DNA of 64,000 nucleotides. Origin: an uncultured Gemmatimonadales bacterium (GTDB taxonomy: Bacteria; Gemmatimonadota; Gemmatimonadetes; Gemmatimonadales; GWC2-71-9). The position numbers and the translations under genes are program-made. Location of the stretch: assembly GCA_963728915.1 (NCBI GenBank), contig CAVSLV010000004.1:352001-416000 (forward strand), given 5' to 3'. Positions 39,882 to 51,234 of this stretch are shown piece after piece (the first letter of the stretch is position 1; each line of letters opens with the position of its first letter). The notes below the pieces were generated by a model. That model was not told where the DNA came from, made no database searches, and saw nothing but the letters and a program-made list of their open reading frames with translations.

Positions 39882-40861
39882 AGGGTGAGCACCGCCGCCC
39901 CCTCGATCCGTCCCGCGCGCAGATCGTCCAGCGCCTGGTTGGCGGACTCGAGGGGGTAGCGCGTGATGGTGGGCCTGAGCCCGAATCGCGCGGCCACATC
40001 CAGGAATTCGCTGCCATCCTGCCGGGTCAGGTTGGCCACCGATCGTAACACGCGCTCCCGCCAGAGCAGCTCGTAGGGAAACGCCGGGATGTCGGTCATA
40101 TGGATCCCGGCGCAGACGACCGTCCCCCCGGGCTGGACCGCCTGGAGCGCCCGGGGGACCAGCGCGCCCACCGGCGCGAAGATGATGGCGGCGTGGAGCT
40201 GTTCTGGCGGCGATTCCCCGGAGGAGCCCGCCCAGATCGCTCCAAGACTCCGGGCAAACTCCTGGCTGGCCGTGTCTCCTGACCGGGTGAACGCGAACAC
40301 CCTCCGGCCCTGCGCGACCGCCAGCTGGGCCAGGAGATGAGCCGCCGCGCCGAAGCCGTACAGTCCGAGTCGCTCGCCCGACCCGGCCAGACGATAGGCG
40401 CGATACCCGATCAACCCGGCGCACAGCAACGGGGCCTGATGGGCCGGGTCCGGTGAGGATGGCAGGGGAAAACAGAATCGCGCGTCGGCCACGGTGCAGT
40501 CCGCGTAACCGCCGTCGATCTGATACCCGGTGAACCGGGCATTCGGGCAGAGATTCTCCCGTCCACCCCGACACCATTCGCAGATTCCGCAGGTCCACCC
40601 GAGCCAGGGAATCCCCACTCGCTGGCCAACCTGCAGGCTCGCCACCGCCTCGCCGGCGGCGGCGACCACGCCGACGATTTCGTGCCCCGGGACCAGCGGG
40701 AGTTTTGGATCGGGAAGCTCACCGTCCACGACATGGAGGTCGGTTCGGCATACCCCGCAGGCTTCGATCCGGACCAGGACCTGATCCCGCCCCGGCACAG
40801 GGGCCGGAATTTCCGTCGGCTCGAGCGCCCTGCCAGGAGCTCGCAGAACCATGGCCTGCAT
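39878..40861 (-). CDS. Zinc-dependent alcohol dehydrogenase (AdhP-like)
   Basis: CGVCRTDLH, PGHEIVG, CGICEWC...ENLC, LLCAGLIG. Confidence 0.92.
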   Translation of the reverse strand: MQAMVLRAPGRALEPTEIPAPVPGRDQVLVRIEACGVCRTDLHVVDGELPDPKLPLVPGHEIVGVVAAAGEAVASLQVGQRVGIPWLGWTCGICEWCRGGRENLCPNARFTGYQIDGGYADCTVADARFCFPLPSSPDPAHQAPLLCAGLIGYRAYRLAGSGERLGLYGFGAAAHLLAQLAVAQGRRVFAFTRSGDTASQEFARSLGAIWAGSSGESPPEQLHAAIIFAPVGALVPRALQAVQPGGTVVCAGIHMTDIPAFPYELLWRERVLRSVANLTRQDGSEFLDVAARFGLRPTITRYPLESANQALDDLRAGRIEGAAVLTL

Positions 40862-40875
40862 GCCGCCCCCCGGTC

Positions 40876-42132
40876 TCACCAGGGTGCCTCGGCGACATGC
40901 ACCGGGTCATCGAGGCGGATGGCCCGCGCCTCCGAACCGGTCGGCGTTTCGTGCTGGCCTTCCGGAATGATCAGGAGGGCGTTGGCCCTGGCCATCGAGG
41001 TGAGAATGCCGGACCCTTGCGGCCCGGTCAGCCTCACGGACCGTGGTCCCGTGCCGTCTTCACTCACGATCGCGCGCAGAAAATGCTGGAGCTTGGGCCC
41101 GACCGTGATCGGTTCGGCCACTCGAACCGGAACGGTGCGCCGGAACGCCAGGCGCTGCCCCATCATTTTCCGGATCGCCGGCCGGACGAACAGCTCGAAG
41201 GTCACCATCGTGCTCACCGGGTTCCCGGGAAGGCCGATCCAGGGGATGTCCCGGAGCACCCCGAAGCCGACCGGGGCGCCCGGCCGCATCCGCAGCTTCC
41301 AGAACCGGAGCTCGGCGCCGAGGTCGGTGAGGACCGCTCGGAGATAGTCGTGCTCGCCCACGCTGATCCCGGCCGTGGTCACCAGCAGGTCGCACTCGAG
41401 GCCGCGGGTTAGGTGCTCCCGCAGGCTCTCCGGCCGGTCCGCCGCGATTCCCAGGTCCACCGGGGTCCCGCCGGCCTGGCGCACCAGGGCGATCAGGGTG
41501 TGGGTATTCGAGCTCGCGATCTTCCGACCCGCCAGGATCTCCTCGGGCCGGTCCAGCCCGGCGATCTCGTCGCCGCTTCCCAGGATCCCCACCCGGGGTC
41601 GCCGGGTGACCACCGGGAACCCGATCGCCAGCGACGCCAGCACGCCGAGCTGGGCGGGGCCCAGCTCGGTGCCGGCGTCGAGCACCGTCTCCCCGGCCCG
41701 GATGTCCTCTCCCGCTCTCCGGATATTGACCCCACCATCGCGGTCGTTGATGATCTCGACTGTCTGTCCGCCCGTCCGCGTGTCCTCCTGCCGGATCACC
41801 GAATCGGCGCCCTCGGGGAGCGGCGCGCCGGTGAAGATCCGGGCGCATTCGCCCGGGCCGATGACACAGGTGGGGAACCCGCCCGCCGGAATGACCTCCA
41901 CGATCCGGAGCGTGCGGGGCGCATCCGCCCGCGCCCCGCGAACATCCTCCGCCCGGGCGGCGTACCCGTCCATCGCCGAGTTGGTCCACGGTGGGACGTT
42001 CATGGGGCTCACGACCGGCTCGGCGAGGATGGAGCCCAGCGCGTCGTCGAGCGGCAGTCGGAGGGGAGGCTGGGGACGAACCTCGGAGAGGATCCGGCCG
42101 GCGGCCTCTCCCGGGGCGAGCGGATGGGTCAC
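40876..42132 (-). CDS. moeA: Molybdopterin molybdotransferase
   Basis: NSAMDGYA, IFTGAPLPEGAD, SGDE, GLPGNPVS, QGSGILTSM. Confidence 0.95.
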   Translation of the reverse strand: MTHPLAPGEAAGRILSEVRPQPPLRLPLDDALGSILAEPVVSPMNVPPWTNSAMDGYAARAEDVRGARADAPRTLRIVEVIPAGGFPTCVIGPGECARIFTGAPLPEGADSVIRQEDTRTGGQTVEIINDRDGGVNIRRAGEDIRAGETVLDAGTELGPAQLGVLASLAIGFPVVTRRPRVGILGSGDEIAGLDRPEEILAGRKIASSNTHTLIALVRQAGGTPVDLGIAADRPESLREHLTRGLECDLLVTTAGISVGEHDYLRAVLTDLGAELRFWKLRMRPGAPVGFGVLRDIPWIGLPGNPVSTMVTFELFVRPAIRKMMGQRLAFRRTVPVRVAEPITVGPKLQHFLRAIVSEDGTGPRSVRLTGPQGSGILTSMARANALLIIPEGQHETPTGSEARAIRLDDPVHVAEAPW

Positions 42133-42656
42133 AGGACCAGCGGCTTGGCGTGCTCCGAAATCAGAACGGTGAGCAGGGTGAGCCACATCGTATCCGAGAA
42201 TCTGAGCACCCGGCAGGGCGCGTCGTATCGAGGATCGTCGGTCATGATCGCGATCCACTCGTCGGCATTCTCGGCGTGCGGGTTAAACAGCGGGGCGGGC
42301 GCGACCGAGCGGCGGAAGACTTCGATCTTGGGCAGCGGGGCCGTCTTGAACCCCTCGACGATCACCAGATCCATGTCGCTGAAGTAGCGCCGGGCCAGCT
42401 CCTCGGGTCCGGCCTCGTCGGCCCGCCGCTCGAAGCTCACCCGGAGATCGGGCGAGGCCACCACCACCCCGTCGGCCTTGCCCTCGTGCCAGTGCCGCCA
42501 GGAGTCGGTCCCCTGCCGATCCACGTCGAGGGGATGGCTGGCGTGCTTGATCGTGCCGACCCGGTGCTTCTGCCGCTTGAGCTCGTGGGTGAGGGCGCAG
42601 ACCAGGGTCGTCTTCCCGGCGTTCTTGTGGCCGATCACGGAGACGATGCGGGTCAC
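42129..42656 (-). CDS. mobB: Molybdopterin-guanine dinucleotide biosynthesis protein B
   Basis: VIGHKNAGKTT, TIKH, GTDSWRH, DLVIVEGFK, PKIEV. Confidence 0.92.
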   Translation of the reverse strand: MTRIVSVIGHKNAGKTTLVCALTHELKRQKHRVGTIKHASHPLDVDRQGTDSWRHWHEGKADGVVVASPDLRVSFERRADEAGPEELARRYFSDMDLVIVEGFKTAPLPKIEVFRRSVAPAPLFNPHAENADEWIAIMTDDPRYDAPCRVLRFSDTMWLTLLTVLISEHAKPLVL

Positions 42657-43259
42657 GGGTGCATCCGGTTGGCGAGGAGCAGATCTTCCGGCGTATTCAC
42701 ATTGAACCAGAGCCGGCTCGGGTCCCCGCCGAGATGATGCCGCAACGCGTCCTGGGCAAGAACCTGCACACGGACCTGGTCGTGAAAGGCGATGGCTCGA
42801 AGATCGCCTTGTTCGAGCGCCCGCGCCATAGCCGGAGCGCACGCGGCACCATAGCCCGCACAGAGCGGCTCGAGACCGCGACGCCCTTCGCTCGCGGGGA
42901 TCACCACGTCGGCGGGCCCCAGTCCGTCCGCCAGGAGCCGGATCAGTCGCGCCGGCACGAACGGCATGTCCCACGCGACGCAGACCACCGGGGCGGGAGC
43001 GCGCCGGACTGCGGTGTACAGACCGCCCAGGCTGCCGGCTCCCGGCCGCTCGTCGGCGACAACCCGGAGGTCGCTCCGCCAGCCAGGGCGCCTCCGGCGC
43101 ATTGGCCACGAGAAGGGGAAGCTCGCCCAGGGCGTCCCGGAAGGCATCCACCAACCGGTCGAGGATCCGGCGCCCCCCCACTTCCAGCAGCCCTTTCGGC
43201 GCCCCACCCATGCGGGTGGCGCCGCCCCCGGCCAGAATGGCTCCCCGGACCTGATCAGG
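42653..43259 (-). CDS. mobA: Molybdenum cofactor guanylyltransferase, frameshift near 43080, start uncertain
   Basis: GAILAGGGATRMGGAPKGLL, GSLGGL, WDMPF, EPLCAGY, FNVNTPED. Confidence 0.9.
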
Positions 43260-44037
43260 CGGTATCGGTGGGCGGCTCCCCGGGCCGGTGCAGGTGTGGA
43301 GTGCCGCTCACCGCGCGGCCGACCAGGATCATGCCGGTGCGGCGGGCGATCTCGACCGCCATGGTGGACGGCACCGACGGGGTCGCGATCCAGGCCAGCC
43401 CCGCCCGCCCGGCCTTGGCGGCGAGCTCGGCGGAAATGCGGCCGGTGACGAGAAGGCCTAACCCGGCGAGGGGGCGGCGGCCCAGCACCATCGTGCCGAT
43501 CACCTTGTCCACCGCGTTATGTCGGCCGATATCCTCCGCGTGGGCCAGAAGGCCCACCCCGTCGGTGAGCGCGGCCGCGTGGATCCCGCCGGTGTCCCGG
43601 TAACGCTCTCCCTGGCCGAACAGGGTCTTGAAGAGCGCGCGAAGCCGCTCGACCCCGGGCGGCTCTCCCCGGAGCGGGGCTGCGGCGAGCGAGTCGGGGT
43701 CGGCGAGATAGATGCTGACGGCGCCGCATCCGGACGCGAGGACCGGCCGGCGGTTCTCCCCCCGGACCCGGGCCACCCGCTCGGCGGGGACTTCCGCCCA
43801 GAAGCCCAGGTCGGTGGCGCAGGGACGGAGATGCACCTGCTCGATCGCCTCGATGTATCCCTCGCCGGCAAGCCAGCCGACGACCAATTCCTCGAGGAGG
43901 TCGGGGGTACACATCCAGGTCACCACGGGAACCCCGTTGACCTCGAGCCAAACCGGGACTTCCTCGACCGCGGCCTGCTCCGCCATCCGCCCGCCTCGCT
44001 TGGCGGGGCGCTCCGGAACGACCCGGTCACCAGTCAC
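43255..44037 (-). CDS. fdhD: Formate dehydrogenase accessory sulfurtransferase
   Basis: MCTP, TGGIHAAA, EDIGRHNAVDKVIG, TGRISAE. Confidence 0.92.
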   Translation of the reverse strand: MTGDRVVPERPAKRGGRMAEQAAVEEVPVWLEVNGVPVVTWMCTPDLLEELVVGWLAGEGYIEAIEQVHLRPCATDLGFWAEVPAERVARVRGENRRPVLASGCGAVSIYLADPDSLAAAPLRGEPPGVERLRALFKTLFGQGERYRDTGGIHAAALTDGVGLLAHAEDIGRHNAVDKVIGTMVLGRRPLAGLGLLVTGRISAELAAKAGRAGLAWIATPSVPSTMAVEIARRTGMILVGRAVSGTPHLHRPGEPPTDTA

Positions 44038-44049
44038 CGGTCACCATCA
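44023..44049 (-). repeat. Heptamer tandem repeat TGACYGG spanning the PTPS stop / fdhD start overlap
   Basis: Plus strand ccggtca ccagtca ccggtca ccatca. Confidence 0.6.
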
Positions 44050-44456
44050 CTGCTCACCGTCGCGCTCAGAGTCGCGTCCTCTGCGATGGTCACCGATTCG
44101 AGCTGGACCGGCCGCCGCAACCGGCTCGACATCCGGGTGAAGATCAGCCGCGCCATCGCCTCACAGGTGGGCAGTTGCCTGCCGGTGGCGAACTCCGGGA
44201 CCTCGAGGTGCAGGGCCTTTCCCTCGAACCGCTGGCGCACTTCTTCCTCGAGCAGGCGATCCAGCTCGGTGACGTCCACGACGCCGGTCGTCTCGGGATG
44301 CAGCGGTCCGGTGACCGTCACGGCGCAGGTGTAGTCGTGAGGATGGTCGTCCACGACGCTTCCGAATCGGGCCCGATTCTGTTCCGGAGTCCACTCGGGC
44401 TTCCAGTAACGATGGGTGGCGCGGAATCGCAGGGTGCGGGTGAGGCTCACGCGCAT
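44034..44456 (-). CDS. 6-pyruvoyl/6-carboxy-tetrahydropterin synthase (PTPS/QueD) family T-fold protein, variant active site
   Basis: FRATHRY...NRARFG...HPHDY, VTVTGP, LPTCE. Confidence 0.82.
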   Translation of the reverse strand: MRVSLTRTLRFRATHRYWKPEWTPEQNRARFGSVVDDHPHDYTCAVTVTGPLHPETTGVVDVTELDRLLEEEVRQRFEGKALHLEVPEFATGRQLPTCEAMARLIFTRMSSRLRRPVQLESVTIAEDATLSATVSSDGDR

Positions 44457-44505
44457 GAGGCGGAAGTTGCCTCACCCGCCGCCCGAAGTCCAACGGCAGG
44501 CCGGA

Positions 44506-45216
44506 TCAGAAGGGACGGTTGAACGCGTAGCTCAGGCCGATCCCGTACCAGCCGTTGGCCAGCCATTCCTTGGCCGGGGACGCGAGGACCGGTGGTTTGG
44601 TCAGGTCGGTCGTCGGAGGCAGCCGGTAGCTTTCCGGGTACTTCACCTGCCAGAAGGTGCTCCGAGCCTCCAGCCTCAGGAACAAGCGCTCGCTCAGATA
44701 GATCCGGGTCCCGATGCCGGGGATGATGGCTCCCTGAACCCGGAAGCGAAACCCGCTGGTGTCCTGGGGGACCCGGGCCCCCAGGACCAGGCCGAAGCCG
44801 GCCGACACGTAGGGCGCCAGGCGGTGCCAGGTCTTTCCCCCGGTGAGGTTGAACTGGATGATCGCTTCTCCCATGGTCGTTCGCTGCGGCACGGTATCCC
44901 GGACTGCGTGCTCGATCGGGTAATTGGGATCGAGGATGATCCGGTCGAGCCAGGCCATGCTGGCGGCGAAGCCGAGACTCAGGGTCCCGTTGGCCAGGAA
45001 GTCATAGCGAAGCCCCGCCAGTTGTCCGCTATGGGGAGCGACCCCCGCACTGCCTCCACTCCCTCCGAACCATCCGGTGTAGGCCCCGACGAATTGTCCG
45101 TACCGCAGGGTGCGATAGGGGGATGTGGCGGGATCGTGACCGACTTGCCCGAAGGCCTGCGCGGGAAGAACCGCGAGGAGCGCCAGCGCGGAGAGTTTCA
45201 TGGAAGACCGAATCAT
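44506..45216 (-). CDS. Outer-membrane beta-barrel-like hypothetical protein
   Basis: Signal peptide ending AFGQ, alternating aromatic strands, APYVSAGFG, terminal Phe. Confidence 0.65.
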   Translation of the reverse strand: MIRSSMKLSALALLAVLPAQAFGQVGHDPATSPYRTLRYGQFVGAYTGWFGGSGGSAGVAPHSGQLAGLRYDFLANGTLSLGFAASMAWLDRIILDPNYPIEHAVRDTVPQRTTMGEAIIQFNLTGGKTWHRLAPYVSAGFGLVLGARVPQDTSGFRFRVQGAIIPGIGTRIYLSERLFLRLEARSTFWQVKYPESYRLPPTTDLTKPPVLASPAKEWLANGWYGIGLSYAFNRPF

Positions 45217-45224
45217 GAGGAAAC

Positions 45225-46781
45225 CTAGTCCCGGCCGGTCAGCGACACTCCGGTCATTTCGACCGGCTGCTCCATGCCGAGGAGCTCGAGGATCGTCGGG
45301 GCCACATCACAGAGGGCGCCTCCGCTCCGGAGCCTTCCAAGCGGGGTGTTGAATGCCACCAGGGGGACCGGATTGGTGGTGTGGGCGGTGTGCGGGCCGC
45401 CGCTTTCCGGATCGAACATCATCTCGCAGTTCCCGTGATCCGCGGTGATCAACAGCCGGGTGCCGCTCCGTTCACAGGCCTTCACCAGTCGCTCCAGGCA
45501 ACCATCCACCGTCTCCACCGCCTGAATGACCGCCGGCAGCACTCCGGTGTGGCCGACCATATCGGGATTGGCGTAGTTGCAAAGGAAAAAATCGTGTTCC
45601 CCCCGCGATAGTGCGTCGCAGAGCGCCTCGGTGATCCCTTCCGCACTCATGGCCGGGGCGAGGTCGTAGGTGGCGACTTTCGGGGACGGGATCAGTACCC
45701 GGTCTTCCCCTGGATAGGGCGGCTCGTGGCCCCCGTTGAAGAAGTAGGTCACGTGGGCGTATTTCTCGGTTTCCGCCACATGAAACTGGGTCCGGTCCAG
45801 GTCGGCGAGAAACTCCGCGAGCACCCGCGCCAGGCTGAACGGCGGGAACGCGGTAGGAAAGGGAAAGGTGCGATCGTACCTGGTCATGGTGACCAGGTCG
45901 AGCCTGGGGCGATCCGGGACCGGGAACCCATCGAAGGGCTCGACCGCCAGGGCCCGGACGATCTGGCGCATCCGATCGGCCCGGAAGTTGAAACAGAGGA
46001 CCCCGTCCCCGGAACGCATCGGCGCGCGGGGCATGCCGTCGCGGGTTAGGACGATCGGCTTCACGAACTCGTCGGTTTCGCCCCGCTGGTAGGCCGCCTG
46101 GATGGCGGCGACTGGATCGGTGGCGGCCTGTCCGGCGCCATGGACCAGCAGCTCGTAGCCCAGCCGGATACGCTCCCAGCGGTGATCCCGGTCCATGGCG
46201 TAGTAGCGGCCGATCAGCGAGGCGAGCTCGGCGCGGGGACCGGCGAGCCGCCGCAGATCCTCCACCAGCCGGGCGACGAATCCAGCGGCGGATTTGGGGA
46301 GGGTATCGCGGCCATCGAGGAAGCCATGCACCGCGATCCTCTGGACTTCATGACGGAGACCAAGCTCGACACACCCCAGCAGGTGCGAGTCCAGCGCATG
46401 GACCCCGCCATCGCCGATCAGGCCGATGAGGTGCAGGGTGCCGCCCCGCCTGCGTATGCCGGCGCACAGCTCGACCAGCGGGGCCAGGGTGAAGAAGGTC
46501 CCGCTGGTCATGCTCGCCGAGATGCGCACGATGTCCTGTGGCACCACCCGCCCGGCGCCCAGGTTCAGGTGGCCGACCTCGCTGTTGCCCATTTGTCCGT
46601 CGGGAAGTCCCACCGCGAGGCCACTGGCGTTGAGGAGAGTTCGAGGGCTTCCATTCCAGAGTCCGTGCCACACCGGCGTGCGACCGAGCTCGATGGCGTT
46701 GCCTTCGCGGCTTTCTCGATATCCCCACCCATCCAGCACGATCAAGGCAACCGGTGCGCCGCTCCTTCGGCGGTTTGACAT
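45225..46781 (-). CDS. gpmI: 2,3-bisphosphoglycerate-independent phosphoglycerate mutase
   Basis: LDGWG, GQMGNSEVGH, GRYYAMDRD, ETEKYAHVT, NPDMVGHTG, TADHGN. Confidence 0.97.
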   Translation of the reverse strand: MSNRRRSGAPVALIVLDGWGYRESREGNAIELGRTPVWHGLWNGSPRTLLNASGLAVGLPDGQMGNSEVGHLNLGAGRVVPQDIVRISASMTSGTFFTLAPLVELCAGIRRRGGTLHLIGLIGDGGVHALDSHLLGCVELGLRHEVQRIAVHGFLDGRDTLPKSAAGFVARLVEDLRRLAGPRAELASLIGRYYAMDRDHRWERIRLGYELLVHGAGQAATDPVAAIQAAYQRGETDEFVKPIVLTRDGMPRAPMRSGDGVLCFNFRADRMRQIVRALAVEPFDGFPVPDRPRLDLVTMTRYDRTFPFPTAFPPFSLARVLAEFLADLDRTQFHVAETEKYAHVTYFFNGGHEPPYPGEDRVLIPSPKVATYDLAPAMSAEGITEALCDALSRGEHDFFLCNYANPDMVGHTGVLPAVIQAVETVDGCLERLVKACERSGTRLLITADHGNCEMMFDPESGGPHTAHTTNPVPLVAFNTPLGRLRSGGALCDVAPTILELLGMEQPVEMTGVSLTGRD

Positions 46782-46803
46782 GCTCCTCCGCGGCGTCTAC
46801 AAT
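46775..46803 (+). promoter_or_regulatory. Near-consensus sigma70 promoter TTGACA-N17-TACAAT
   Basis: TTGACA 46775-46780, TACAAT 46798-46803, GTG at 46811. Confidence 0.75.
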
Positions 46804-46810
46804 GCCAATC

Positions 46811-47839
46811 GTGACGGACGAGCCGCAATCTAGTCCTTCGCGGAACGCCCTACCAGCCTGTTTCGGCGTCGTAGCCGCGCTTTCGGGAACCCTCTTCGCC
46901 CAATCCGCCCTTTCGATCCCGCAGGACACCCCGTTTTTCAAGGAGCCCGGCGGCACCAGGCTTGGGACGCTGGTCGCGGGGGCGCGGGTGCCCGCCGGGC
47001 GCAGCACCGGAGGGTTTACCCAGATCACGCTCGACGGCTGGATCTTCTCGGCTTCGACCCAGACCGATGGACGGGAAGGCTTCGATCTCTCGGTCAATGT
47101 CGCCGCCGGAGAGAACGTGCGAGCCGTGCCCAATGGGGCGGTCGTCGCCCGGGCGGTGGAAGGCGCCTTGTTCAACCGGGTGTCGACGACGGGCGGCTGG
47201 ACCCGGGTCCGTCGCGCCGTGTGGATCTCGACGCCGTCAGTGCGGCGGCCCGCGCCGGCGCAGCGCCCCCCGAATCGCGCCGAGAGCACCGCGGCGCGTG
47301 GGTCGGGCGATACCGCGAAGATCGTTGCCCCGCCGGGTGAGGTGCGGCGCGCCACCCTGCGGAGGCAGGCGAGCCTCCAGCGTTCTCCCGATGGTCCGGC
47401 GGTGGCCACCCTCACCCTGCCCGCGGAAGTCGCGGTGGGCGAGACCCAGGGCGAATGGGTCAAGGTGACGCTCGAAGGCTGGGTACGCCGCAGCGAAGTG
47501 GACAGCGCCGTGGTTCCCCGGCCCGCGATCACCGCGGCGATGTTGCGGGAGAACCCGGAACGGTACGTCGGACAGACGGTCGATTGGCGGGTCCAGTTTC
47601 TCGCGATACAGCAGGCCGATGAGCTTCGCCCCGAGATGCCGCAGGGCCAGCCCTATCTTCTGGTCCGCGGGCCCCTTCCCGAATCGGGGTTCGCCTATGT
47701 CATGGTGTCGAAGGTACAGGCGGACCAGCTCCAGGGCCTGATTCCCCTCGAGGAGCTGTCGCTCACGGTGACGGTGCGCGCCGGGCGCACCCGCTTTCTG
47801 GCGACCCCAGTAGTGGAGCTGGTACGGAGGAATCCATGA
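46811..47839 (+). CDS. Exported hypothetical protein with about 3 SH3b-like repeats and a C-terminal OB-fold-like domain
   Basis: Repeats ending FTQITLDGWI, WTRVRRAVWI, WVKVTLEGWV; then LRENPERYVGQTV. Confidence 0.6.
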   Translation: MTDEPQSSPSRNALPACFGVVAALSGTLFAQSALSIPQDTPFFKEPGGTRLGTLVAGARVPAGRSTGGFTQITLDGWIFSASTQTDGREGFDLSVNVAAGENVRAVPNGAVVARAVEGALFNRVSTTGGWTRVRRAVWISTPSVRRPAPAQRPPNRAESTAARGSGDTAKIVAPPGEVRRATLRRQASLQRSPDGPAVATLTLPAEVAVGETQGEWVKVTLEGWVRRSEVDSAVVPRPAITAAMLRENPERYVGQTVDWRVQFLAIQQADELRPEMPQGQPYLLVRGPLPESGFAYVMVSKVQADQLQGLIPLEELSLTVTVRAGRTRFLATPVVELVRRNP

Positions 47840-48140
47840 ACGAACAGCTGCAACAGCGGATCCTGCGGCGCCTCGAAGCGCTCTCGGACGAGCGCGGGTA
47901 CCAGATCCTGGACTACGTCGAGTTTCTCGAGAGCAAGTATGCCGAGCGGGTCAATCCGACCAATCTCCTGGCGCGGATCTCGGAGGGCATCGAGGACACC
48001 ATGCGCGCAGCCCGGTTGCCCATCAAGGCCATCTCCGGCACCACCGGCCTGATGGATAGTGCGGGGAAAGTGATGAAAGGGGTCGCCGCGGCCGCGGAAA
48101 GCGTGATGGACGAAGCCCTTGGAAAACCCAAGCCGCCCGC

Positions 48141-48144
<4 letters not shown>
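47836..48144 (+). CDS. Small hypothetical protein, DUF2281-like N-terminus
   Basis: RILRRLEALSDERGYQILDYVEFLESKY; GGAGG SD and ATGA overlap. Confidence 0.65.
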
Positions 48145-49632
<1,488 letters not shown>

Positions 49633-49721
49633 GGGTGTGATGTGAGGTGGGAGGTGGGAGCAATCACCGGCGGCCCTTGACGCACCTCGCGCCTCGCGCC
49701 TGTACCTCGCACCTCGCACCT
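49633..49721. repeat. Inverted heptamer arrays (GAGGTGK)n / (GCACCTC)n
   Basis: gtgtgatgtgaggtgggaggtgggag ... gcacctc gcgcctc gcgcct gtacctc gcacctc gcacct. Confidence 0.8.
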
Positions 49722-49734
49722 ACGAGGAGTCCAC

Positions 49735-51234
49735 ATGAATCTCTGGGCCACCAAGTCCGTGGATGTGCTCCGCGCCGAGGCGGAGGCCGTTGGGGAGACG
49801 AGCCTGCGGCGGACCCTCGGGCCGTTCAACCTCACGGCGCTGGGGATCGGCGCGATCATCGGCGCGGGAATCTTCGTTCTCACCGGCCAGGCCGCCGCCC
49901 TGTACGCGGGCCCGGCGGTTCCGCTTTCGATGATCCTGGTCGGCGTGTCGTGCGCGTTTGCCGGGTTATGCTACGCCGAGATGGCCAGCGCCGTCCCGGT
50001 GGCGGGGAGTGCCTATACCTACTCCTATGCGACCATGGGGGAGCTGGTCGCCTGGATCATCGGCTGGGACCTGGTGCTGGAGTACGCTGCCGGGGCCGCC
50101 ACCGTCGGGGTCGGCTGGTCGGGACACCTGGTGGACCTGTTCAAGAACTTCGGGATCGTCCTGCCCGAGCGGCTGACCAATGCGCCAACCGCGTGGTGCA
50201 CCGCGGAGAACGTGGCGAACGGGGTGGCCGGGTGCGCCCACTCCGGGCTCAACCTGACCGGCGCGATCCTCAACCTGCCCGCGGTGTTCATCGTGGCGCT
50301 CATGTCCACGATTCTGGTGATCGGGATCCGGGAATCGGCCCGGGTCAACAATCTGATCGTCATCCTCAAGGTCACCATCGTCCTCCTCATCGTGGGGGTC
50401 GGCCTTGCCCACATCACGCCGAGCAACTGGCACCCCTTCATTCCGGCCAACACCGGAACCTGGGGTACTTATGGCTGGTCGGGGGTTCTGCGGGGCGCCG
50501 GGCTGGTGTTCTTCGCCTATATCGGGTTCGATGCGGTGAGCACCGCGGCCCAGGAATCCAGGAACCCGCAACGGGATCTTCCCATCGGGATCCTCGGATC
50601 GCTCGCGATCTGCACCGTGCTCTACGTGGTGGTGTCCGCGGTGCTGGTCGGGATGGTGCCTTTCCAGGAGCTCAACGTGAACGCGCCGGTTGCCTACGCG
50701 CTGGAACGAGTCGGCGTCGGCCATTCGATCCGGGTGCTGGTCGATGTGGGCGCCGTGTTAGGCCTGGCTTCGGTGATCCTGGTGATGCTCCTGGGCCAGT
50801 CGCGGGTGTTCTACTCCATGTCCCGGGACGGGCTGCTCGGCCGGTGGGGTTCCCAGGTCCACCCCCGATTCCGGACGCCCTACCTGTCCACCATCTTCAC
50901 CGGCGTGGCGGTGGGGCTGGCGACCGGAATTCTGCCACTCCAGCTGCTCGGTCAGCTGGTCAATATCGGGACCCTGCTGGCCTTCGTGCTGGTCTGCCTC
51001 GGCGTGATCATTCTGCGCCGGACCCGCCCCGACCTCGAGCGCCCCTTCCGCACCCCACTGGTGCCCCTGGTGCCGATCCTCGGCGTGATCTGCTGCCTCG
51101 GACTCATGGCCACGCTGCCCGGGGATACCTGGCTCCGGCTCGTGGTATGGCTGCTGATCGGGTTCGTGATCTATTTCGGATACAGCCGGAAGCACAGCGT
51201 GCTCCAGCGGGAGCGGGAAAGCGCGGGGAAGTAG
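49735..51234 (+). CDS. APC family amino acid permease (CAT-like)
   Basis: LGIGAIIGAGIFV, CYAEMAS, GSAYTY, FFAYIGFDAV, LVNIGTLLAF. Confidence 0.95.
   Translation: MNLWATKSVDVLRAEAEAVGETSLRRTLGPFNLTALGIGAIIGAGIFVLTGQAAALYAGPAVPLSMILVGVSCAFAGLCYAEMASAVPVAGSAYTYSYATMGELVAWIIGWDLVLEYAAGAATVGVGWSGHLVDLFKNFGIVLPERLTNAPTAWCTAENVANGVAGCAHSGLNLTGAILNLPAVFIVALMSTILVIGIRESARVNNLIVILKVTIVLLIVGVGLAHITPSNWHPFIPANTGTWGTYGWSGVLRGAGLVFFAYIGFDAVSTAAQESRNPQRDLPIGILGSLAICTVLYVVVSAVLVGMVPFQELNVNAPVAYALERVGVGHSIRVLVDVGAVLGLASVILVMLLGQSRVFYSMSRDGLLGRWGSQVHPRFRTPYLSTIFTGVAVGLATGILPLQLLGQLVNIGTLLAFVLVCLGVIILRRTRPDLERPFRTPLVPLVPILGVICCLGLMATLPGDTWLRLVVWLLIGFVIYFGYSRKHSVLQRERESAGK

Noticed and set aside
38943..39900. 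yybP-ykoY riboswitch upstream of terC
   Set aside because: The terC start overlaps the adh stop, leaving no leader.
42129..43211. Apparent MobA-MobB fusion ORF
   Set aside because: The middle of the ORF is out-of-frame mobA; mobA ends at 42653 overlapping the mobB GTG.
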